Source: Somniosus microcephalus
Lineage: Eukaryota
Reading direction: 5' to 3'
NCBI GenBank assembly: GCA_052327205.1
Contig: CM126211.1
Coordinates: 90,334,001-90,398,000 of the forward strand
DNA: 64,000 bases
Positions 1 to 11,300 of this stretch are shown here, in pieces. The position numbers were made by a program, and so were the translations under genes. The notes beneath the pieces are model-generated. The model did not search any database and was not told the origin of the DNA. It was given only the letters and a program-made list of their open reading frames with translations. Numbering within the stretch: the stretch's first letter is position 1; each line of letters opens with the position of its first letter.

Positions 1-1900
1 GGATTAGGATGGGCAGCCATTTTGCGGGTTCCCCTTTGGGATTCCTGAGCCCAGTCTTTTCACACGGCTATTGCTGCACGTTCTTTGAATTTTAAACTAC
101 AATGTATCACAATTTGCACAGTGCCACGCAGTAACTAATAACACAGTTTGCACTGCAAGTCACCCCAGGAGTGAAGACAATTTTGGAGCAGACATTCCCA
201 GTGCCAGGCTACTACTGTTTAATATTAATTTTAAAAAAGTATTTTCTAAAAATTAGGCCCATATGTAAACTAAATGGATCAAGGCTAAAAAGCCCTTTAG
301 TTCTTGCAAATATGAAGTAGGACTGATTTCCCAGCTTTTGTTACTTAAGAAGTCTTATGAGGACTCTATTTTTGTATTTGTTATTTATGGAAACAAGATT
401 CCATTCTCAGAGGCAAATGTCCAAACATTTTATGGCTGTGCTATGACCATCCAGATAGTCACATGTTCAAATGATCTTCATTTGCCCACTGTGCATACTT
501 AGAGCAATTCTGACTACAAAAATTGACCCATAATAATCTGCTCCTCAAGTCTTCCATTTGATCACTTAGTTCCTTTTTCTCCCTTGTCCGTTTTATGTAG
601 AGTATTTCATTTTTTCTGTCTCATGAGTACTTCAAGGGTAATGCCTTAAAGGTCATTGAAGCTGCAGTGGTATGCCAGCCACAGTAAGAGAAGCTGTACC
701 ATGTAATACGGAGACTGCTCCACAGTCTATTCATACAAAGCATTAGAGGATTCAAACCGTAAGCAGTATATTTCCTCAGTGGTCTATACCACTGTTGCTC
801 TGTTCTTAAAGAGCATTATCACTAGCCCCACTGGTGCCTTTTATCACTGATGTGTGCCCTTCCCTTTAATACCTCAATAAAGCACCATGCAGATGGAGGC
901 CTTTCATTTTCTCTCTCTAGTTCAATTTTGCTCAAAATAATTATTTTAGTTCATTTAAAGTGCAGCCCTACAGCACTGTGCTTGTCACTATGTCTACCAG
1001 CCTACATCTTGGAACTTTTAGTACCAAAGCGCTCCCTAAATAATCTATCTCTACACTTCCTTTTCAGATTCAAAAAGGCAGCAGCATACAACTGCAATTG
1101 CAGTTAAATTTCACAGGTGAACTCCTGGTCTCCTGCTCATTAACAATGTGTCCCACATCTGGCTGGAGGGAGCCCTGCATATCTGTGGACATGGTTTATC
1201 ACTTTCTGTATGACTGATTAAAGTGTGGCTGCTGTGCGAATACTACCACTGGTGACTGGGATGTTTGATTAAGTTTAATGTCGTGGCACATTCTAGAAAG
1301 TTCCTGAAGTTACAGTGATTGTGTTCAAAGGCAAAGTGGCCTTCGGGTTAACAAGTAATACTGGTAACAGGAAAACAATAAGAGGGAATAAAAATCAAAA
1401 GCACAAGAACAAAGACAGAGGCGGATTTATGAAATCCGGTTAATATAAAAGATAACAGTCCAGGGAAAGTGGAGACTGACTATTTTCTATTGCTGAATAT
1501 CCAAAGCGTAAAACGTTACTGGTTATAAATACAGTGTTAGATAGTTCAAACATCCCTTTGCTTCTTGCTTCCTGGTATGTTTGTAACATATGGTCCAGAA
1601 ATTAATGGTGAGAATAAAATGTGGAACAGTTTAGTTGAGTCCTGACTCAACTGTCCTCCGGCTTGCCGCTCCTGTTATTTTACTGTAAGCAGATTCCTAC
1701 ACAGACCATACACACTAACCAACTCTCTCTTCAGCTGAATTTCCTGCCAAGCTTCCATTTTCCCCTTTAAATCTCCTACACATTTTAAGTCAATCCTGGT
1801 GCAAAAAAAAAGAGTCACCACTAATTTCAGCAGAAGACCCAGGTATGCAACAGGCCAAGAATTTTTTTCGGGATCCCAAACTAGCCTCAGTTCTCTCATC
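1..1900 (-). other. Probable EFNB2 3' UTR (end not located; may extend beyond the window)
   Basis: Repeat-free AT-rich sequence directly after the stop. Vertebrate EFNB2 mRNAs have multi-kb 3' UTRs. No convincing polyA site was seen. Confidence 0.6.
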
Positions 1901-2313
1901 TCAGACTTTGTAGTATATATTCGCTGGGCTCTGTGGTGGCATCTCCTGGACTATATACACAGGATGTCCATAGTCTCCGCTGACTTTTTCATAATGCGGG
2001 CAGAAGGCGTTGTCTGCAGTCCTTAACGGAATGATAATGTCACTGGGTTCGGAGCCGTTGTTGTTGCCTCCCCGTTTGGGGGTGGCCAGCGTGCTGAGGG
2101 ACAGAGTGGTGGTGTGCTGCGGGGAGTGCTTTCTGTGTCGTCTCTTGTACTTCAGCAGCAGGACCACCAACATGATGATGATGATGATGAAGATCACACA
2201 GCCCGATCCAATGCCTGCAAATAAGGCCACGTCAGAACTGAGGAATCTGCCCTTGTCTGAGTCCCTGGGTGCAGTCGAAGGTTTATTGTCACCACTCAAT
2301 GAGCGTGTCCCTC
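1901..2313 (-). CDS. EFNB2: EFNB2 coding exon 5 (TM helix, cytoplasmic tail, YYKV PDZ-binding motif, TGA)
   Basis: Acceptor gttttcag| at 2314; ORF 1901..2323 in the track; TM segment [25 protein letters not shown]. Confidence 0.97.
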
Positions 2314-5300
2314 CTGAAAACAAAGAAGAACTGTTTGAATAACTTGGCTCTCGACAAAATGCCCTTTAAAATCATCTCTCAGAATATTATTTCACTCCTA
2401 GGATTAAATGTTGTTAAATAAAACCTCTGTATTGAAAAATGATTGAAGATGCAGTCAGTGTGTTTCCAAGGAATCACTGGTGATATTTTAGGGCATCCAT
2501 TTTGATATACTTTGAATCAACCAACCAGCCATCTCTGTATGGTGAGGCAGATTTAGTGATTCCGCCATTAAACACGTCGCTGAAGGAAGAGCTTGCAAAG
2601 GAAATAAATTAACGTTAAATAACCGCTAAAATAATACATAATATACTTCTTTTAACACACCAATTGACTTTGAATAGACCATCAAAATGAAGCGACTTGG
2701 GGCTAAAAATTCGGTGGTGCCGCGTTTGGGGCGCCAAGCTCGCCTGGGCACCAGGCTCACCTGGGCACCAGAAGTCCCGCCCCGGAAGGACCCGGAGCGC
2801 CAGCCCGATATTCAGGTTGAGCGCCCCAAGAGGGATGCGGGGCGCTGCTTGAGGTGCCCCGCATCTCTCTTGGGGCGCTGAAATGGAATATCGCAGCGCA
2901 ACGTGCCGCAGCGCCACACGCTGCGGCACGGCGCGCTGTGGTACTACAGGCCTTCCTCCCCTTCTTAAAGGGGAGGGGCCTGCACCAGCGCGATCACCGA
3001 TCGCGAGTGCCGGCAAAAGAGCCCGGCACCGAGGAGAAGTGCCGGGCTCTCGGGACACAGCCGGCACTACCCGGGGTGGGGGGATCAGGAGGCCGGCGCG
3101 AGGAGGTGCTGGCAGGCGGCCACCGAAAAAAATGGCCGCCCCACACCTCCCCTTTAATTTGCACCACTACCGCCACAGGTAGGCCCCCGTGAACCGGTCG
3201 CGATTTGCGACCGGCGCTACAGGGGGGGGGCGCGACCCAATATCACGTTCAGGGCGGTAGCGGGGTGCTGCGCACACCAATGATGTCATCGGTGGCAACG
3301 CAGCGCTACAGGCTAATGCCGCCATTAGCGCCCCGCTAAATTTCGCGGGAGGCATGGCCAGTGGTGCTAAAGCCACTGAGTGCCCTCTTTAGGCGCTAAC
3401 TGGTGGCGCAGCCCACCAAATTTCTAGGCCTTGGTCTTCAATAAAAACAAATGAGATTATTTATTGGCACTAGTGGTCAGCAGTGAATATTTAAAATGAC
3501 ATATGCTTACATGTTATCCCTGGACTATTTTTTTATTAATAAATCTTCGCCAGTCACTAGCAAAGAATGGAGCTGACAGCTTCACTTAAAACAGATGCAG
3601 GCTTGCCTGAGGCAGCATGGGGGAAGAGTAAAAAAAATGTAAATGTTTAAGACAATTGTCCCTAGTCATACTGTCTGACTAGCTGCAGCCCCTTTGCTGT
3701 TGGTGCTGGATGTATTAGTCATTCCATATGCCGAGAAACAAGCCAGTCTATTCACTCAGAAATTAGACTGTGCATCTGAGCTTTCTTTTTACTCAGAAGG
3801 CATGTTGTATTTATCCAGCTTACAATTTCATATCCGACTGACCATAAAATTAATTTACATGGCAATTTCTCCTTTGTGAATCAAAACTTTATAACCAACA
3901 ATGATGTTCCATCTTTGTAAATCCACTTGTCTGGTATTTTCTTTCCCCCCAGGCTGGATCTCTACTTTAGTGGGAGTTTTTTTACAAGTAAATATCTCCA
4001 CTTCCCATCCTTTAGGTATCCTGGTGCTTGGCGCCATTAAGTGGGTTGTGATGGCAACCAGGTGACCTTCTCGCAGAGGTTTACATCTGCTGCACTTCCC
4101 CAATGGCTTAATTGACACGGGAAACATTCTGTGTGGAGAGCTGCAGTTGCAAATCCACACGACACCATTCCACAGTTTTTATTTTATTTTTAAAAAACTA
4201 GTTGAAGTGCCTAACTGAAAAGAGCAGGATAGAAGTCAATGTAAATCTTTTAAAATCCAGAAGATTGTAAGAGTAAAGAAAGACTGAGAGGAAGAAGGAG
4301 TCCCACAGGAAATGATTGTATTCCCTTGAGTATAGAAGATTGAGGGTGATCTGATCGAGGTGTTTCAAATGATGAAAGGATTCAATGCGATAGATACAGA
4401 GGAACTATTTCCTCTGGTAGAAGAGTCCAGAATAAGGGGGCATAATCTTAAAATTAGAGCTAGCCCATTCAGGAGTGAAATCACTTCTTCACACAAAGCA
4501 TAGTAGAAATCTGCAATTCTATTCCCCAAAAGACTGGATGCTGGGTTAATTGCAGCCTTCAAGACTGAGAAGTTTAGAACAGCGATGACCACTACAGTGT
4601 TAATAAAATAGAGATGGAGAGACAGAGAGGGTAGAGAGATGTTTCGTGTAACTTAGTGTGCAAAATGGTAATAGTTCAATAAATTAACAGACTACTAGAA
4701 CCTAATGAACCTACTAGAAAGGTCATCGAACTGAATGATAACTTTGTTTTTCTCTCCACAGATGCTGCCTGACCTGCTGAGTATTTTCTGTTTTTATTTC
4801 AGATTTCCAGCATCCGCAGTATTTTGTTTTTGTATTTTTGTAGAACCTAAAGCAACTGTTTACATCCAATTGTTCTTGTGGATTAATAACTGGTGACATC
4901 ATGTCATGAGCCTTCTCACATAGAGGCAGCACAGTTACTGAGGTAACAGCAAAAGCTGCTACCAGTAGAAAATTGTTTTGCTGGAATGATGCAATTTCCA
5001 CACAACTGATCTAATTTGCTGAGATACAGGCCTGAGAAATAGAGTTCTACTGTCCTGCTAAGGTAGAGTTATACACTGAGACGTGATCCCACATGTATTT
5101 GACCACTTTATATCTACAATAAAAATAAAACTATTATATAGATACTAAGGGGGAAAATTTGGTTGCTTTGTGCCTCCTGTTAGCGCCCTGAGAAAGCGCT
5201 AATGGGGTGCAAAGCACCTAGCGCCCGGGCGTGGCACCGCTAACACCTCCCGTGAAATTCAGCGGGAGGTTAGCAGCGGCAGTAGCACCCCGCGGCGCTG

Positions 5301-8300
5301 CGCCTCTGGTGATGACATCATCGCTATGTGCAGCGCCCTGGCCGCAAACTTGGCTTGCACCCCCTGACCTACCACCAGACGCTACATCCAACAGACTCAG
5401 GGTGCCGTGTTTGCAGCCATGGCGGCGCAAATTAAAGGGCAGGTGCTGGGCGACCATTTTTTTGGGGGCCGCCTGCCAGCTCCTGCCCCCTCCTGCCTCC
5501 TCCTGTGGGGTGCCGACCACGATCGGTCAGCCCGGCACTCCTCTTGAGTGCCGGGCTCTTCTGCCAGCACCCTGCTCCCCGGTGGTCCAGCAGGGCCCCG
5601 GTGTGTGCTGCGCTAGGCCCCTCCCCTTTAATCGGGGGAGGGAGGCCTGCAGTACCGCGGCGCTGCTGCACGTACCGCCACAATATTCAATGGGAGCGCC
5701 CCAAGAGGGAGGGGGAGCGCTTCCAGTGGCGCCCCGCCTCCTGCTTGGGGCGCTACCATTGAATTTCGGGCGTGAGGATGCTAGCTTTTTCAGGGCGCTA
5801 CTTTTTCCCCCTAAATTTCCAGCAATCTGCCTAGATTCTAGTCGTTCACAGAAATGTAGGGTGGTAGTTTATTTAAAAGGGCAGATGATTTATTTACTGA
5901 CACATTAATGTAAAGCAAGCTCATGGGTTTGAAACATGGATTTAAATCCTTGAAATAATAAACAGATCCCCGTGGTGAGTCACGGCTTTGAGAAAATGTA
6001 ATATACAGTCTTAGCCCTTCCTTTTGCTGCTTAAAGAATTGACAACCAGAGACAGCAACATGAACCTTGCTGAAAAAATTCTGCTTAGCAGGCCTATAAC
6101 AGTCTCCCGAAGCTGAGGCAAAGTAAGGCGCGCTAGTAAGATGATGGAATCAATCACATTTACATTAAACTGATTCTTGTAAGCTGTAGCTGAGTGCCAG
6201 CCTGACACAGTGAGGAAGAAGCACAGGAAGAAATTAAAGGCTTTCCTCTCTTGAAAGCACAGTACATAGAAGCTCTCATTATCTGTCAAACATCTGGAAT
6301 TGCTCACAACCCAAACTCCCTAGGAAGAAAATTAGAATATTACATTCTCTACTTTTAATCTGGCTATATCGCAAATCCACATTGCTGCTCACTTTTCAAC
6401 AAAATGGAAAGACAGAGAGAAAGTCTAAAAGGATTAGGAGTAAAGGAGCTTGTCAAGATTTCGGCAATAGGAAGGAAATAACTGTAGCAGATACAAACAA
6501 TCCAAGTGCAGAAAACTGTACTAATCCTGACAGAGTTCTAGGTGCTGTGAAAGCATCGCCCTGCTACGGTTTAAGATTGGCTCTCTCTACAGCTATCTTG
6601 TGAAAGTGGAGAACTCCTGTTGCTTTTCATAGTCCTAGTTTAGGATTGTTAAAGAACAAATACTGAAAAATGCTAAAGTTTCTGCTGGTTTAATGCACAT
6701 TGCACAGTGACACAGATGGTTCATTTTATACTTCAGATCTCCTGTACGTTTTGTGAAGTGCAAATGTTACCTCCCTCACTTCACTGAAGTTGTGCGTTTT
6801 AAAGGGGCCTGGTGGCTTTTAGTAAGGAGCTTTTTGGATTGACCACTAACAGCCACCTCGTATAACTCAACATCTGGGTCACTATCACAGACAGTTGATG
6901 ATGTAACAGACTGTATAAAATATTTCCTTCTTGATGGTTTAACTTTGTTCTAATGTTGTTTAAATAGATTTTGAAAAAGTATAATTAGTACCTTAGGAGA
7001 TTCTGAGACCAGCTAGCAAGTGGCCAAGCAGCTCAGCCTAGCAGCCTTCCTTCTATTTGAGCAGGAATGGGAGTGCAGCTGACCTATTGTGAATGGGTCA
7101 GTTATTGACCCACATAACCCATGTGGGTATGAAACTCTTATTATATTGCAAGTGGACAAAATTAATTGCCACTTGGAGAAACACGGGTTAATAAATGACA
7201 GCCAACACGGATTTATTAAAGACAAATTGTGTCTGACAAACTTGATTGAGTTCTTCAATGAAATAAAGGAGGGGTGATGAAGGTAGTGCAGTTGATGTTA
7301 TTTATATGGACTTTCAAAAGCTGTTTGATAAAGTGCCACATAATAGACTTATTAGCAAAATTGAAACCTGTGGGATTAAAGGGACAGTGGCAGCATGGAT
7401 ATGAAATTGGTTAAGAGGCAGAAAGCAGAGAGTAGTGGTGAACATTTGTTTTTCAGACTGGAGGGAAGTGTCCAGTGGTGTCCCCCATGGGTCAATATTG
7501 GGACTGCTGCTCTTTTTTATATATTAATGACCTGAACTTGGGTATAGGGGGTATAATTTCAAAGATTGCAGATGGCACAAAACTCAGAAATGTAGTAAAC
7601 AATGAGCAAGATAGTAACAGACTTCAGGAGGACATAAACAGACTGGTGAAATGGGCAGACACACGACAGGTGAAATTTAATGCAGAGAAGTGTGAAGTGA
7701 TACATTTTGGGAGGAAGATGAGGAGAGGCAATATTAACTAAATGGTACAATTTTAAAGGGGCTGCAGGAACAAATTGTCCTAGGGGTTCATGTACACAAC
7801 TCTTTGAAGGTGGCAGGATAAGTTGATAAAACTGTTAAGAAAGCATACAGGATCCTTGGCTTTGAGTACAAAAGTAAGGAAATTATGCTAAACCTTTATA
7901 AATCACTGGTTAAGCCTCAGCTGGAGTATAGTGTCAAATTCTGGGCACCGCACTAGGAAGGATATCAAGGCCTTGAAGAGGGTGCTGAGGAGAATTAACA
8001 GAATTATACCATGAGGGACTTCAGTTATCTGGAGAGACTGGAGAAGCTGGGATTGTTCTTCTTAGAGCTGAGAAAGTTAAAGGGAGATTTAATAGAGGTG
8101 TTCAAAATTATGAGGGGATTTAATAGAGTAAATAAGGAGAAACTGTTTCCACTGGCAGGAGGGTCGGTAACCAGAGGGCACAGATTTAAGATCATAGCCA
8201 AAGGAACCAGAGGGTAGATGAGAATTTTTTTAAGGCAGAGAGTTGTTATGATCTAGAATGCACTGCCTGAAAGGGTGGTGGAAGCAGATTCAATAGTAAC

Positions 8301-11300
8301 CTTCAAAAGGGAATTGGATATATACTTGAAATGGAAACACTTGCAGACGTATGGGGAAAAAGCAAGGGAGTGGGACTGATTGCATAGTTTGTTCAATGAA
8401 CCAGCACAGGCACAATGTGCCGAATGGCCTCCTTCTGTGCTCTATGATTCTATGATTCTAAGTGCAAGCTTCCCATTTGATCAGCACTTCATATACATGC
8501 AAAACTGAGCCAAACTAAGTAGTGAATGGTTGTGGCTCATATAGACATTCTTAAGTCTCAAATGGAAGTAGCGCTCCTCACAGAATCACCCCAAAGACAA
8601 AGAGTTCCTGCCATTTGTTCACTCTTGCCAATGACCCTCCTGTTTAACTTGCACATGACATGGGCCTTTCAGGCAGATGAAAGAAGCTCCACAACTCCAG
8701 CTCACAGGTGAGGTATCTTCATTATAATCAGCTTCTACTAGATGGTTACCTTCATTCTCGGTCTTTTGGGTGGGCTTGGTTGTGGTGCCATCCCGTTCTT
8801 TTCCAGGAGCTCTGGTTGGTTTTTCATTTCCTCCCACAGAATTTGCATCTAAAAAGTTTTTAAAAAGGTTGTTTCAGTTACAAACCGTAACGCTGATACC
8901 TTCATCAGTCAGACAAAGGGGCACATCCCTCAACACTGATGTTTTGCTTCACGAGCAACACACTGAGGCCATTGCAGACTCCAAGTGCCATGATTGGAGT
9001 GAAGTCTGTTTGCTTTTAACTTTATTGGCTTAACACTGTGGAAGTCACTTTGATGAGCAGCAATGTTCTTTAAAAAATCTTTAGTTATGACTTAACAAAA
9101 TGAACCAGCAGAAGTTCTATTTATAACTAAAGTGTTAGTGTATTTTCTGTCCTGTCAAAATCTGAGGTGATAAGCAATTCATTTCAACGCACAGGTACTT
9201 TGTCTGGTAACAATGTGATTTAAAACTTTCACTTTTACAGTGGCACTGCTCTGCTTGGTTTACCAGGTTTTTGAGTTGCCATTATATGTACACCCTTGGT
9301 GGAGATGCTGACCACTAAAACACCATCTACAACAGCCATAGAGAAGCCTACCAATAGCAGGCAAAGGCTTTGTAGATGATAGTTCGATTGAATAGAGGAT
9401 GCTGACAGAATGCTAAATGAACACTATGCCAACAGAGAATGTGTATGAAACAAGTTTTCGCTTTGCAAATTCTAGAGATGTTAAAGAGATTTCTAATGTC
9501 AACACAGATTGTATTTCAAAATTGAAATTGTTAAATGAAACAGAATTAATCTCTATTTACCATCAACTAATGATATTACAAGGAAGGTGTAATCTATTGA
9601 AGGCTTTCTTATTTAATAAGTTACATTCGAAACATTTAACCCAATAAGCCTCCAGATTCTAGCAAAATCTACTTCATATTAATGGCTTAAAAACAAAGAT
9701 AAGCACAAGTCTGCATTGTATAATTACTGTTTTATAAATTTAAAAACGCTAATTGATTTTTTCAAATCTTGAGGTAACAGAAAAATGCAAAGTGCTTTTT
9801 TCCAGAAATTAAAAATATAACAGCCTCAAGTTGATGCCTTGGTCTCACTGACCTTAAGGAAGGGCCACAGACAGATTGTTTTATTTCATTTTACACTGCA
9901 ACCATGTGATCAAAATTTAGGACAAGCTTTTAGGTCACTTCTAATCCTTTTATATAACAGAGACAGTGATTCAGAAACTCCAGAAAAGTTACAGAACAAT
10001 GATGAAGTATTGGATGCTCTTCAGTTCTGATGCCTGCAGAGAACCTGCTGATTTTCACAGTAATGAAGAGACTGCATTGTGTCTCTAATTGTCATAATGA
10101 TTAGGAGCAGTTTATAAAGTGGGAAAAAGAGATGATTGCTCGTGTCTCCCAGAAATACTCTTACCTTGTCCAACTTTCATTATAAGCTTCATGCCTTTGG
10201 TTTGGCACACCCCTCCTTCCCGGTTTTCCAGCCCTTCCAAAGTACCATTTGATGTTGCTGGGAAAATAGAAAAAGAAAGTGTAATCATCAAAATTCAATC
10301 CAGTGTCATCTGTAGAAAATGTGTATTACCTTTAACAAAGTCACTAAATAAACATATTACAGTTATACATCAACAAACCTGAACACTAAAACATTTTATC
10401 CAATAGCTTCATTTCCTCCCCCTCCCCCATTCACTTAAGGTAACATGGTACTCTATCAGCTACTGAAATCTAATCTTCTAGAAGATAGTTAAGAATAGGC
10501 CTATAATGTGGCACCACATCAAAAGATTTGGAGTACTGTGGAGACTATAGTTTTTAGACGGGAAAATCAATAACATGAAGCAATTTTGTGTGTAAATCAT
10601 GCTCGTCAATATTGGTAGAGGTTTTTTATGACCTATTAGATGACAACAGCAAGGACATCACTGTTAAAACAGCACCCAAGCACTGGGGGCTCTGGAATGG
10701 CTAATAAAGATGGTTATCTTCATCACTCCACCTGGTCATTTGGTTACAGGTGTACACTTACTAATAGCTTAGCAGGTGAAATCAAGCTATGAAACTAATT
10801 CCAAACACTATTAACTCTTAGAAAAGCATTCAGGTACCAAAGTAATTGTTTATTGCAATGCGATCGGTTCAGCACTTTGACCATTAAAATATGTTAATAA
10901 ATCAATCTATTTAGGGGCCTGGGAAACCGTGTGTCTTTCCAGACAGGATCAGACTTTAGTTTAACATCCAGACACTTTTGAAAATGGCAACAAGGAAGGG
11001 CAGAACAAATACTGCAAAGGCTGAATAACTAATGCAAAACACTACACAATGTATTAGTAATCCTGAAACAAAGTCCTTCCATACCATCAGTACTGCTTTG
11101 AAAAAACTAAAGTTAAAGATTTTGACTTTGTGTTTTCCCCATGTTCATTTTTTTCAACATAGGATAACAGAAGGAACTTGCATTTATATTGCGCCTTTCA
11201 CAACCTCAGAATGTCCCAATGTGCTTTACAACCAATGAAGTACTTTTGAACTGTAGAGACTTTTTGTAATGTAGGAAATATGGTAGTCAATTTGTGCACA

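Noticed and set aside
2010-2342. Plus-strand ORF with a poly-Met run
   Set aside because: It is the antisense shadow of the EFNB2 TM-coding (ATC)n run.
2615-3376. Several overlapping Pro/Arg/Gly/Ala-rich ORFs (also 5218-5908, 18101-18412, 32733-33244)
   Set aside because: They lie inside GC-rich MITEs where stop codons are rare, with no recognisable domains or exon structure.
8701-8706. Alternative exon 4 donor CCT|GTGAGC
   Set aside because: It is phase 0, which is incompatible with the phase-1 exon 5 acceptor.
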